Source of the DNA: Octopus bimaculoides | Lineage: Eukaryota | DNA: 45,060 bases | Direction of reading: 5' to 3' | NCBI RefSeq assembly: GCF_001194135.2 | Contig: NC_069005.1 | Coordinates: 33,074,352-33,119,411 of the forward strand | Part shown: positions 12,516 to 25,045 of the stretch, piece after piece | How positions within the stretch are numbered: the first letter of the stretch is position 1 | Layout: every line of letters begins with the position of its first letter | Notes under the pieces: generated by a model | The model's input: only the letters and a program-made list of their open reading frames with translations | What the model was told of the DNA's origin: nothing | Database searches by the model: none | Position numbers and translations under genes: made by a program

Positions 12516-15139
12516 AAATGTTGTATTTAAGAAATCTGCATGCTTTATACAGTACAGTTCTACTTTGAATAATTGGTTCGATCGTCAGGATTAAACAGTA
12601 ACAACTAGAGGTAGTTAAATTTGGTCCTTAACAGTTGTGCTTTTGTCAATAGACACAAAGTAGTGCTAGTAACTGAATTTGAATCACGAGCCTGTTCACT
12701 GGTTGTCTGTCAACTCACCTCTTCACACTTTCATTGAATTACATAATACATTTTTTTTTTCGTCTATATTAAACTGATTTCAGCTGACATAAACCATCAT
12801 TAGTCTCCTTGAATTCTAGTGTTTAATTTTGTCCTTTCAGAAGTTCCACCAATATTATAGACAGGATATAGCGACAATTTTATACACAAGAGATATCGAT
12901 GTTTATTAGACTAGATGAAACAAAATATGTTTGAAAAGTCTTTTGATGTAAAATAGCGTATTGAAACAAGCATTATTGTATTTTGCTTGAATCATCTTTG
13001 CTAATTATTAAATAAACACAACAAATAAACACACATATGTGGGACACAATGGTTGTGAGGTTAAGGTGATGCACTATTTAACCACAATTATTCAAATCTT
13101 CCTCTCTCAAAATTCATTTCTTTGCCCTAATTTCTTGACACTTTTGATGCTGGGGCCTTCAGTAATAGGCCTTTCTTAACAGCTGTTTCTAAAGTATACC
13201 CCTCCCTACTATTTCCCTTACCTGAATATGAAGAGATTAAAGATAAGAGCCATTTCATCCAAGCCTAATTTACCTGTAGATTGTATTATTATGAAGTCAG
13301 GAAGTCTTAATAGTGTCATTGTGTGCAGTTACTGATATTGTCTGATATTGCAGTCTACATTATTGTTACACTGATGATTTATCATTCAGGCCTTCTTGGT
13401 TCTAATTTAACTTTTGTTTTGCTCTGTGGATTAAGCTGATCACAAATGGATTATTTATAAGATTTATTTATAATGAACTATTCTTGAGAGAAGAAGACAT
13501 TTGATGTTTCCATGGTTGCTTGTGGAAGACACAGTAAAAAGTTACTTTCTCTTTTGTGTATTTTGTCTTAGAAAAACAACAGTAATAAGTGGAATCTTTT
13601 GCAAAGGCACCAAGTAATTGTTTTCAAAAGAGGAAGGTATACAAAGGATTGAATTGACACTATTCTGGTAATTATTTTATGGAATGGTGGAAAGTATAGT
13701 AACTATAATTATTCCAGTGTACTACAAAAAACTATATTGTACAGCAAACTACAATGTGCAATACAGGCTATAATTATTTGTATGCACAACACAAACTATA
13801 ATGCACAGCATGCAGTGTAATTATTTGTATGCGCAACTGCAACTATATTGTTCAGTACTGGCTCGAATGACAGGTTTGATGCAAATGAGTTGAGGGGAAA
13901 GCCTGTGTCTTCCGGAGAGATAGTAGTGTATCCTGGAGGAATGGTTGAGATGCCAGGAGAGGTAACGGTATTCCAGCACGATGACTTATATAATCTGGAG
14001 AAATGAGGACAGCTGACTCCTGTATAACTGGGTGAGCGGGGTGCTGTGTGTGTGGTAGGGCAGCCATGTAGCCAGAGGAAATAGCAGTGCAACCAAGAGG
14101 GACAAACTGGGTAGCCAAGAAAAGTTAGGGGGCAGGCCATGTAGCAAAGCAATAAGATTTGTGCAGTTTGGGGGAAATGGCCTTATTGTGAAGAGGGATG
14201 ATTGCATAGCCGAAGAGATCACCATTAAACCAGAAAAGACGACTATGTAGTGAGGAGATGATCGTGTGTTACAGTTAAGCTATGCAATATGAGAATCTCA
14301 CTGTGGTTACTTGACTTGCTAGAAATAGCTATCAAATCTCCCTCAAGCCACTGTCTTGTGTCTTAGAAAGGGATCGGTCTGCTTGACCTGGGGCTGAATA
14401 GCCACATGTCCAGTGAGTTGTGTTTTATAAGAGACTCAGTACTATATCAGTAAGTGATATGATATGAATTGGCTATCTTTTGACCAGTAGACTAACACTC
14501 TTTATCAAACAATTAGGAAGGGAATTTTTCAAAATTTCTTCTGTCACCTCTTAGAATTGGTGGTGTTAACTTAATATTGATAGCTTAGCACACATTTCTT
14601 TGTAATGAGGCTACCTTAAATTTGCTGCTAAATTTTATGATGTAATCATATTTGCAATATTCACAAATATTGATTTTCTTTTTTTTTTTTTTCTCTCAAT
14701 AATATAAATTAGGATTATACACAGTAAATTCATCAATTAACTTTTTATTGGTAATGATTGGCTGTTTATTGGCCTACTAGAGACAGACAGAGCTAATCTA
14801 TTTGTTATTTGAAATACAATGTCTAATCTATGAATTACTAATTCTGTAAAATATAAACTAATCTACTAGTGACCAACTAAAACCATTATGAAGTTATTTG
14901 GTAGTCAAAACAACTTATTTATTTTTATATTCCTCTTTTGCTTTTTTTTTGTTCATATGTTAAATTTTTCTCTTCATTGATTACCATTATTAAAAGATGG
15001 TTGTTTTAACCCAGGTTAGCTCTGTGCCAGCAGATCTTTGATCAAAGGATGTTCCATTTGTGACCATCTATACTGGGGGCTTCATTATCCAATATGTATT
15101 TTTTTAATTGAAAACAGTAGGATGTGACTAGGTTGAGGT

Positions 15140-15345
15140 ATGGGCTCACAGTCGTGAAGTTGCAAGTTCAATTTTCCACCACATTGGAGCACTATGTTGC
15201 TCTAGCTTACTCAGCTGAAATGAGTACCAGCAGTAGCTGGGGAGTTAATCTAGTAGTGAACTGGCATCCCATCCAGTAGGGTCATCTTGTACTCTTGCTT
15301 ATGCACCTTTCAAACTAGAATAAGCTCCAACATAATGAGCCTTTT
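15140..15345 (+). mobile_element. Degraded CORE/Meta-like SINE
   Basis: gttgctctagcttactcagctgaaatgagtaccagc...gaactggcatcccatccag...aataagctcc. Confidence 0.6.
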
Positions 15346-15914
15346 AACCTATTATTTACATTGGTGTTTTATATATCTCCCTCTGGTGGTATTTGTAACA
15401 AGGTGAAATGGGTAAATGTTCCTGTCAGGGGGCAGTGCTGTTGACAAGCTATGCGTTATCAATCCTTTACAAATTGTTCAACTGTGACTGTCTACAGTGA
15501 AGTTTGATAATGTTCGGAAAATACATGTAATCATAGATATAATATTTGTCTTTTCATTTCAATGAATTAATTTTATTATTTCCAAATTATTCTATAAGAT
15601 GTAATCAAATGATAGTAATTATATTTCATTTTCTGTTTTTACTCATTAATTGTAGACTTCACAAAATTTCTGAGAGTTGGATTTCCTTTTTCAAAACACA
15701 CACACTAAATAAATTCGGTATTATTTTGGTATTACATCGATGACAATATGATTTTATATTTTGTTCTGCAGTTCTGAATTTGTCAGTTAGATTAGATTAA
15801 GCTGATTTAAATTGATTTAATAGTTTTTATTGTTTGTTTGTGAAATGCTTTAAAATTTAGCATGACAAATATGATTAAATATCTTAGAAATACATTGACT
15901 GAATGATAGCTTTG

Positions 15915-15961
15915 TATGTACAGATGCGTATGTGTGTGTGAGTGTATATATGTTTGTATAT

Positions 15962-16013
<52 letters not shown>

Positions 16014-16105
16014 ATGTGCGGGTATGTATATGTATATATGTATGGCTGTATATATGTATGCATCTATATGTATATGTGTATACATATATATGTGTATATA
16101 TATAA
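15915..16105. repeat. Compound (TG)/(TA)/(TATG) microsatellite
   Basis: Direct inspection. Confidence 0.9.
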
Positions 16106-16205
16106 GTCAGTAAATAGTGGGGTTGTGTTAACCGCACATGGAGAAATAATAGGAAAATGAAGAATAAGGCAGAATGCTAAATTGGAAGCATATTTTAATA
16201 AAGAT

Positions 16206-16243
16206 TTCTAACCGGCTTTCATTGCGAAGCAAATTTTCAAGAA
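16206..16243 (-). ncRNA. Degenerate minimal type I hammerhead-ribozyme-like motif (U3-A8 variant), possible Penelope-like terminus
   Basis: Minus strand reads UUC-UUGAAAA-UUUGC(UUC)GCAAU-GAA-AGCCGGUU-A-GAA, with ATTAAA just downstream; stem I is only 3 bp. Confidence 0.35.
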
Positions 16244-16284
16244 GGAGAATGAAAATGTTTTTTACAAAGAAGTACAAAATGAAG

Positions 16285-16337
16285 AAAATAATATATAAAA
16301 AAATAATATATAAAAAAAATAATATATAAAAAAATAA
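16285..16337. repeat. About 15-16-bp AT-only tandem repeat (aaaaaaataatatat), about 3.5 copies
   Basis: Direct inspection. Confidence 0.85.
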
Positions 16338-16431
16338 CTATACCGATACATTATATTGTCTTTGAGCTTTTGAAGTTCAATGGTAATCCATGTATATAAT
16401 GGTTGGAAAAATAAGGATGCATGAGAATTGA

Positions 16432-16926
16432 NNNNNNNNNNNNNNNNNNNNNNNNNNNNNNNNNNNNNNNNNNNNNNNNNNNNNNNNNNNNNNNNNNNNN
16501 NNNNNNNNNNNNNNNNNNNNNNNNNNNNNNNNNNNNNNNNNNNNNNNNNNNNNNNNNNNNNNNNNNNNNNNNNNNNNNNNNNNNNNNNNNNNNNNNNNNN
16601 NNNNNNNNNNNNNNNNNNNNNNNNNNNNNNNNNNNNNNNNNNNNNNNNNNNNNNNNNNNNNNNNNNNNNNNNNNNNNNNNNNNNNNNNNNNNNNNNNNNN
16701 NNNNNNNNNNNNNNNNNNNNNNNNNNNNNNNNNNNNNNNNNNNNNNNNNNNNNNNNNNNNNNNNNNNNNNNNNNNNNNNNNNNNNNNNNNNNNNNNNNNN
16801 NNNNNNNNNNNNNNNNNNNNNNNNNNNNNNNNNNNNNNNNNNNNNNNNNNNNNNNNNNNNNNNNNNNNNNNNNNNNNNNNNNNNNNNNNNNNNNNNNNNN
16901 NNNNNNNNNNNNNNNNNNNNNNNNNT
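16432..16926. other. Assembly gap (N-run)
   Basis: N characters. Confidence 1.
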
Positions 16927-16935
16927 GTATGTATG

Positions 16936-16996
<61 letters not shown>

Positions 16997-17334
16997 TTAT
17001 ATATATATATGTATGTATGTATATGTAGGTTTGATTGTATGAATGAATGTGTGTGTTTGTGCAAATAAAAGTATTTATTCCCTTCTGCTTTCAAGATTTA
17101 AACTGAACTTAGCTTTTAATTGAATATATTTTGATTTATTGTTGGTTGTTGCTGAGTAGTTCCAGCAGGTTCTGGCTGACCTGGTAGATAACATTTGATC
17201 AAGTTTTTCAGGATATAGCTACCATATCTTTATCAGACACATGTTTCCCCTAAGATTTATTGGGGGAACATGTGTCTTCATAATGCTCTCCACTTGTGGA
17301 GTGGAACAAGATATCATGTTGTATCCTGGCAGGT

Positions 17335-17720
17335 TACGACATGATGGTATCGTATGGTTAAGATGTTTGCTTCATATTCTCAGGATTCTGGGTTCAGTCC
17401 ACTGCAGAGCACCTCGGCCAAGAATCTTCTACTAGAGTTTTGGAGCAACACAGCTGTGGTGTCACTGAAATTTGGTAAATGGAAATTGTGGTGAAGCCTG
17501 TTGGAAGTTCATGTCTGTATCTATTAATGAGGCATAGAAGACTCAGTGTGTCAAACAAAAATACTTGGTAATAATTGCTTCTGTCTTTAGCACTCTAGTT
17601 GCTTTTGCTTTTCACTCTTTTGAGATCACCAGAATAAATAGCAGGAAAATCAGCTAAAATTCTTGAAGGTTGTACCCCAGCATGGCCACACTACAATGAC
17701 TAAAAGGAGTAAAAGAACAT
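17335..17720 (+). mobile_element. Old, highly degraded copy of the composite tRNA-headed SINE
   Basis: ggttaagatgtttgctt...ctgggttcagtccactgc...tcttctacta head and ccccagcatggccaca...aatgactaaaaggagtaaaaga tail. Confidence 0.65.
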
Positions 17721-18264
17721 AAGTAGTATAAATAATCTAGCCAATATTTTGCAATACCATTAACACAGTGAAGTCTTTTGTATTGTTCTGAATCCTTCCT
17801 GATTGTTATCAAAGAATCTCAAACTTGAATGATCTCTTATCTTCACATTTGCTGAGGGAAAAAAATCTTGTTGCTAACATCTCCAATGACTACGCATTTC
17901 CATCAGAATAATCATTGTAAGGTTGCATACTTGTCACTTAAACTGTACATAGTCAGAGACAAATTACATTAATGTAGACGCCTACACACTGCTTCTTAAT
18001 CTCTATTCTTCCTATAATCCTTGTTTTCATAGGAACAGAGGCAATTAAGACTGGATACGATAATTTCTTTTTTACTTTTCTTCAAGCAGTTGTAATAATG
18101 ATACTTCCCAAAGACTCTTCCATTTACACAGAAAACTACACTTGACACTGTCACGTATAATATACAATATTTTAACATGTATATAAGACATAGTGTTTAT
18201 ACTCAATTGTTGGTATTGTTCTTCTTTCTGCTCTGGGTCAGTATTCCAATATTCAAAAATATTC

Positions 18265-18390
18265 CAACCATGACCATCCCATCTTTTTAGGGTTATCAAA
18301 GATGACATTATCTAATGTGCACCTGTCCTTGATTAAGACGGTAGGATTTGATTTGAGGGAAATTTGTCTTTTGTTTCTAGCATGCTGAAT
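18265..18390 (-). mobile_element. (CAA)n-tailed retroposon family copy
   Basis: ttccaaccatgaccatcccatctttt...gatttgagggaaatttgtcttttgtttctagc. Confidence 0.65.
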
Positions 18391-19349
18391 AAGGACAGGG
18401 TGCCATATATATAATGTAGAGAGAGTGAATTTCCAGCTCTGAAGACAGTAGGGAGTGAATTGAGATAATTTCACTGCTATTTCTACCAAGGTGAGCAATC
18501 ATACAGTGGCTCCTTTGTGGTTGATGTAATTGGTAACAATCATGTAGTGAGACTATATTGTTGACCTGCAATGGGAAAGGTATGAACTTCACTGCCTCCC
18601 ATTTTTCTATTATGCAGGGATTTTTTCACCTAACCTAAGAAAACCACTATTTTATGCCTTGTGCTTGTGTACACATGCATTCATACATCACACATGCATT
18701 CATACATCACACATGCACACACACACACAGATTCACTCTTCAATGTGAAGAGGTTTATCTCGTTGAAGTTCATCATCTCATGAGCAAACAAATAGGATTA
18801 TTGCACTTTTCATAGGATATGGCTTAGCAATCTGTGTTTTTCTGTTTTCCATTCCAAATAATTCATACAACCTCTCCATAAGCCGGAAATGGCTTTCTGT
18901 GCAATAGTACAATCAATTGATTGGTTACCCCTTTCGATGGACTCAAGTAAGGAAAGCAAATCAATCAAGTAGTTTCTAATAGAAACACACACATATCACT
19001 GTGCTTCAGCCAATCCTCAACCCCACTCCCCCCCACACATCCTCATTAAGGACTCAAGGCCATGGATCAATATGCTTTGTCATGTCTATCCATCTTATGG
19101 ATACATAATTATGAGCTTTTTTTTTTGCTTTTTTTCTTTTTCTGTAACCCTTAAGCCGCTGAAATATATTGAAGCAGGTTCATGTTGCAAGGCTGATCAA
19201 TCAATCAATCAATATATACTTTTGTACTTCCGTCCGTCCATATCTGGAATGTGTGCACACTGTTGATAGTAAAGGTTGAAATGTATTCTGTGAGTTTGCA
19301 TAAGTATGTGGACTACATCAAGTACCAAAATAATGTGGGTTTTTTAAAA

Positions 19350-19445
19350 ATTATTATTATTATTATTATTTTTACTTTATTATTATTATTTTTATTATTA
19401 TTACTTTATTATTATCATTATTGTCACCTTATTACTGTTATTTTC
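19350..19445. repeat. Degenerate (ATT)n
   Basis: Direct inspection. Confidence 0.85.
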
Positions 19446-19827
19446 ATTAATTAGTATTTTAGTATGGGAAAGAAATCCCTCGTAAACCAATTATAAACTT
19501 GTGAAATAAAAGAATAAAAAAAATAAATAAAATGAGAAACTTTAATATGGTTAATATAATTTTTAAATAGTTATACATATTGTTTCCTTTCCATCTACAC
19601 AATCACAAATACAACACACACACACACACACACAGATATACAAACACAAAATATATGTGCATTTATTATCATCTGGCACTTCTGTTTGGTTGAAGAATTT
19701 CTGTAGGGCACCAATTGGAGACTATTATTGTAGCACAAATCTGAGGAATTTTCACCAGTATTTCAAGAAAAGGAACATGTTATTTTCAAACTGCATCTTC
19801 GTCTGTTGTTTTTTTTCGTAAATTCTC

Positions 19828-19866
<39 letters not shown>

Positions 19867-19874
19867 TACATATA

Positions 19875-20035
19875 CGACGGGCTTCTCTCAGTTTCCGTCT
19901 ACCAAATCCACTCACAAGGCTTTGGTCGGCCCGAGGCTATAGTAGAAGACACTTGCCCAAGGTGCCACGCAGTGGGACTGAACCCGGAACCATGTGGTTT
20001 ATAAGCAAGCTACTTACCACACAGCCACTCCTATG
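19875..20035 (-). mobile_element. Well-preserved tRNA-headed 5' half of the composite SINE, next to (TA)n(CA)n
   Basis: rc gtggctgtgtggtaagtagcttgctt...ggttccgggttcagtcccactgcgtggcaccttgggcaagtgtcttctactatagcc; CpGs retained. Confidence 0.9.
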
Positions 20036-20924
20036 CCTTAACATCTCAATAAGTTGAAGCTTTGTCGTTAAATGTAGTATTTCTTGGTTTGTACATTGTT
20101 GCCAGATTGAATTCAAATCAGGGAACCTTTATTTTTAAACTAATGTCCATTATTTTAGCAGTGGCTTAGCTTAGAAATAAAGGCCTATGACCATGTCCAT
20201 AGATCTAGAAATCAGTTTCTTGATGAACAGCTTGAAACATAAGTGTAGACAATAAATATTGTAAATACGTCACTGTAAAGATGAGTTTAATAGTCTGGAA
20301 AATGATAATCTTAACTCGTTTAAACATTTAATTACAGTGAAGCATTATTTAAATGATACAGGCTAATGATTAAATTTATTAGCACAAATCTATAGATTTA
20401 GAAGTACTTTTATTTAAATTTTTTGTTCTGTTATGCCAAAGGTTGGCTTTTGATTTCTTATCTGCAGCTAACTCTTGTCATTGTAAATTAACCAATCCTT
20501 TTATTATTTTTATTCTACACAGTTTAACAGAAGCCACCCCTAATCTTTATCATACAGTCTCTTCATTATCTAACAGTGATACCCGTGTGTTTAATATGTG
20601 CAGTTATGTGTCAGTTTTTTTTTTATCAATGCACACGAGTGTGAGTGTGTGTATGGGCATGTGTTGGATAATATGTAGATGTAAGCACTTGTATCTATCA
20701 CTTTTATCATTTATGCACATATGTATGACCATGTACTTGTGTGTGTGTGTGTGTACATCAGTGTCGCTGTAAACGTGTAATATATGTGTTTGTATCTGCT
20801 GCTATGTTTATACACATACACAATAATAACATTTTTAAAGCAGACAAAAAAGTGAAGCTGTAAATGGGATCCATAGAAATAAGCATTTTGAATGATGTAA
20901 ATTTTATTTAATGGCCAGAAGTCA

Positions 20925-21185
20925 TTGCGTTATCTCTCTCTCTCTCTCTCTCACACACTTTTTCTTTCTCTCTCTCCCTCTTTCTCTTTTTCTCAGCTTC
21001 ACTTTATGTCTTTATGTTTCTTATTTATTCTTCCCCACCTCTCTCTCTTTTTCTCTCTCTGTCTCTCAGTTTAAGTGTATTTTACTTTTTCTTTCTGTTC
21101 TTTTCTTCTTCTGTCTGTTTCTCTCTGTCACTTCTCTCTCTCTCCCTCTCTCATCATTCCTTCTTTGTCTGTCTTTCTCTCTAAA
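20925..21185. repeat. About 260-bp polypyrimidine / degenerate (TC)n tract
   Basis: Almost only C and T on the + strand. Confidence 0.9.
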
Positions 21186-21519
21186 TGGAATTGCCAGCAG
21201 GAAATTGTTAAATGGAGATATTGAAATTACTGAAGTCATTGAATCTCGTGTAACAATAAAGATAGTTGAAATATCTGCCATAAACAGTAGAGACCTTTTC
21301 TCATCAATACAGATTTCATATCTTTTTTCCTTTTTTTTTTTTATCTCACTCAAGATCATATTCAGTCAGCTGAAATGTACTTTGGTGATCTCATTCTCCT
21401 TTCTAGATGTAACTATTGTTAACTTAAGATATTTTCTATGCTAAGTCAGACCATCATTTCACTTCACTTTGTATCTCTTTTCAATGCCATGACTGTCTTA
21501 TTGTCATGGATTACTATTG

Positions 21520-21715
21520 ACCTATGGAGGAGCCTCTACATGGTTGCCTAACCTACTAAATATAGTGATCAAATATCCCTGAAATCACAGCTTGCTGTTT
21601 TGAATAAAGGTTACATGAGATAATATAGTTCTCCATACCTCCAAAAAGATGAGGTAGTTGTAGCTAGAATGTCTGATTCATGTAGGTCTTCTCAATTTGG
21701 TCTGATAATTAAAGT
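21520..21715 (+). mobile_element. (CAA)n-tailed retroposon family copy
   Basis: ggaggagcctctacatggttgcctaacctac...caaatatccctgaaatcac; opposite orientation to the 2820 copy. Confidence 0.6.
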
Positions 21716-21973
21716 TCTCAAAAGCTGCCACAAAATGTTTGGTCTTACAGCTGTGTGCTATTTAGAACTATGGAGCAGTAATAGTACTCTACGCAAAATC
21801 ATTTTAGATTGTTACACCTCCCTCAAAAGACCATCCAGTTGACAAATCTCCAGTCACCTATGCACCTATCACACAGATTTGCTGTATGTCTCTCTCTTTC
21901 TCTCATACTGCTTCCTTCCTACCACTCCTATAATGCCTATTGCACCTGAATCAACACACTGCATGTCATCTCC

Positions 21974-22013
<40 letters not shown>

Positions 22014-22249
22014 GTACATTTCATGATTATAGATCTTCCAATTGTTAACTATATTTTAATCTTAGCTGAAGCACTGAGAAGTTGCCTCTTGGTTAAGAAA
22101 AAAGTGTAGATTTTAAATTTGTTAAATTTAATCCAAGTTTCTGTAATGGGAAAATTATAGACTGTATCCTGAAATTAGTGATCATACTCTTAAAATTTGT
22201 GTAGGCACAAGATCCTGTCACGAGAAGTTACTGTAATGTGATGGGGATT

Positions 22250-22255
22250 TTTGCC

Positions 22256-22296
<41 letters not shown>
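22250..22296. repeat. (TA)n microsatellite
   Basis: Direct inspection. Confidence 0.95.
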
Positions 22297-22300
<4 letters not shown>

Positions 22301-22479
22301 TTACTTTTTTGATCTAAATGAAATTATTGCTGATGTTAAATTTTCCTTTTATCCTTCCAGGGATAAGTACCAGCTATTAACTGGTGTCATTTTCCTTTTT
22401 TATGAAATTGCAGTCCTGTGTGAATGTAACAGGCATAATTTTATTTGGGCTTTGTGCCAATGGCAAAAGCTGATGCTGA

Positions 22480-22690
22480 GTTAAAAGTCGTCTCTGATCA
22501 AGCAAATTTATGATTAAATGTTTCCCAGGTCACGATCCTATTTTTAAAATCCAGGTTTAGTGCATCTAAGATCATATTATCCAATGCAACCTTCCATATT
22601 TATTCTTAAAGACAGTGTGATATAATATGAAGGAGATCTGGCTGCTGTTTTTAGCAAGTTGAATGACCATTTAGAGGCTTCCTCACTGGT
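22480..22690 (-). mobile_element. (CAA)n-tailed retroposon family copy
   Basis: attatccaatg...aagacagtgtgatataatatgaaggagatctggctgctgtttttagcaagttgaatgaccatttagaggcttcctc. Confidence 0.7.
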
Positions 22691-23778
22691 TTATGAAGAG
22701 TGATAGTAATTACAGCGGCAGGCGTTGTGGTGAAGTGGTACATTGTCAGTGACACAAAGCTGTAACATGTTTTTTAATTACCAGTTGATTACTGCTTACA
22801 TCACCCCACACCCTCCACATAAGTCACTGCTTACTGTTTCCCATTACTTCATACTTATCTAAGAAGAATTCAATATTATCATAGTTAATTTGAGGTTTAA
22901 TTGTTAGTTAAGACAGTTGACATTGCTCACTGACAATATATTCATATCCTAACAGGGGAAAAACTCTATTTAAAAACTAACAACAATTACTAGAAAGAAA
23001 GAAAGAAGTCTTTGAAGATATTTCCAGGAGATGTCAGTTTGAGTTTCAATTAGTGCTGGTGTCTTTTATTTATTATATCTTCTTGTCTATGTAGGCAGAC
23101 AGTGAAAAAGATACCCGCATATATATTCTTGTAGAGTATTAATAATTGTTGTCAGCTGAAATATCTTCTGGCCTTGAAGAGAAGGGTCAATCATTGATTG
23201 GGATGTGGGTCCTAGCCATGATAGGTATGTATGTGTATATAGGTTTGTGTATGGGCTTATATGTGCATGTGTATATATGTAAGTGTATGTATACATGTGT
23301 GTCAAAGAAATGTGTGTGCATACGCTTGGGAATATATATGTACCTCTTACAAAACACCAATTTGTTTGTGGCCAGCTGGATGATCTCTACCTGGCCAACA
23401 CCATTGTAGGTCAGCAAGTTCAGAAAAATTCCTTTGATTTCCCTCTCACTTCTCTTTTCAGTCTCACTACTTCTCTCTCTCTCCTTTTCTAATATCAACA
23501 ATAATGCAGTTCCTCATGGATTGTGCACATACTCATCACACACAGCCAATCACAAATTTATATCATATCATTTAACATACACACACACAAACACACACAC
23601 ATTTTCATAGTTAGTAATGGGTCTTCTCTAACACAGCATCTCACAACTCGTTGAGGTTCATCATCATTTCCTTTGTGAGGTTAAATCAGCCTCTGTTACT
23701 TGTTTGGTACTACTTCAGTCTTGAAGTTTAACACCTGAGAGTAAGAGGAGAGTTTCTGGTGGTGACAGCTACAAAAAA

Positions 23779-23818
<40 letters not shown>

Positions 23819-24300
23819 AAGAGTGACCTCGTATGCGAAAAGATTATCATCAGTCTGTGGCTAGTTATCTTACTGGAATGTCTGCCTCATCATTAAAGTA
23901 CAGTGTCTACAGAAAGGAAATAATTGATTAAATGTCTGCGATGAGTTCATGTTAATAAGATTATAATAGTTTTTCCAGACTATTAATCTCATCTCTGCTG
24001 TGTGTATATTTACAGTATTTTTATCTACACTCTGTTTTGTTTTCATTTCCTTTTGTCCTCAGCTTTCTTACTCCTGGTTATTTAAACAGTCCCAGACAAG
24101 ATTCAAACGTGACCCATTATTTTTTTAAAGTAAGGCTAATAACATCCTTATCCACCAAGGCATTCATGCAAGTTAATATACCTGGTCTACATGGCTGTCC
24201 AAAATAGTGGCTAAACCTCCCTCAAAGTATGCACTGCTGTCTTAAAGTAAATACAGTAAGTCTGAAATAAAGACAGGATTGTCATTGCAGGAAATTATTT

Positions 24301-24364
24301 GATTTATAGATCTATAGATTTATAGATCGATAGATTTATAGATCTATAGATTTATAGATCGATT
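24301..24364. repeat. 4 x 16-bp tandem repeat with alternating variants
   Basis: gatttatagatctata / gatttatagatcgata / gatttatagatctata / gatttatagatcgatt. Confidence 0.95.
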
Positions 24365-24559
24365 GGTTCTGTAGTGACCTGGGGGTAAATGATAACAACA
24401 AAAGTTGACAATAAAATTTAGCTAAGGTCACACATTTGGCACAGGATTGAAAAGCAGTTTGACATGGACATACATTGTTTGAAACTGGGCCCACAATGGA
24501 TTCATGTAGCATATTAGTTAATGCAGCAACATGTTTAGTTTATTAAGAGCTGTAGACAT

Positions 24560-24755
24560 GTTGTGTACCAACTACACACTATAATTGATTTCATTGACCC
24601 CNNNNNNNNNNATTGTGTAATTGGTACTTACCAACTCTGAACGGATGAAAAGCAAAGTCAGCTTCAGTGGAATTTAAACTCCTAATGTAAAGATGGATGA
24701 AACGTTGCTGAGCATTTTGTTCAGTATGCTAACGACTCTGCTAGATCATCGCCTA
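24560..24755 (-). mobile_element. Deu/Nin-like SINE spanning a 10-N gap (24602-24611)
   Basis: ggtactta...gaacggatgaaaagcaaagtcagcttcagtggaatttaaactc...gtaaag. Confidence 0.65.
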
Positions 24756-24759
24756 CAGT

Positions 24760-25045
24760 GCTGGTGTCATGCAAAAAGCACTGATGCCACTTAAAAGGCA
24801 CCCGTGCCAGTGCCGTGTAAAAAGTACCTGTGCTGGTTTCACATAAAAAGGAAACCAATGCCAGTTCCACGTAAAAAGCACCCAATGCACTTTGTAATGT
24901 GGTTGACATCAGGAAGGGCATCCAGTCTTAGAAACCATGCCACAACAGACAATTGGAGCCTAGACAGCTCCCTGACTGGTTGTCTTCTGTCAAACTGTCC
25001 AACCCATGACAGCATGGAAAACAAACATTAAATGATGGTGATGAA
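24760..25045 (+). mobile_element. RTE-tailed short retroposon with an internal array of roughly 21-27-bp units
   Basis: gtggttgacatcaggaagggcatccag...ccaacccatgacagcatggaaaacaaacattaaatgatggtgatga; the same tail occurs inverted at 32093-32250. Confidence 0.8.

Noticed and set aside
19875-20035. tRNA gene
   Set aside because: A/B-box-like motifs run directly into a SINE body, and I could not fold a complete cloverleaf; the same holds for the other heads
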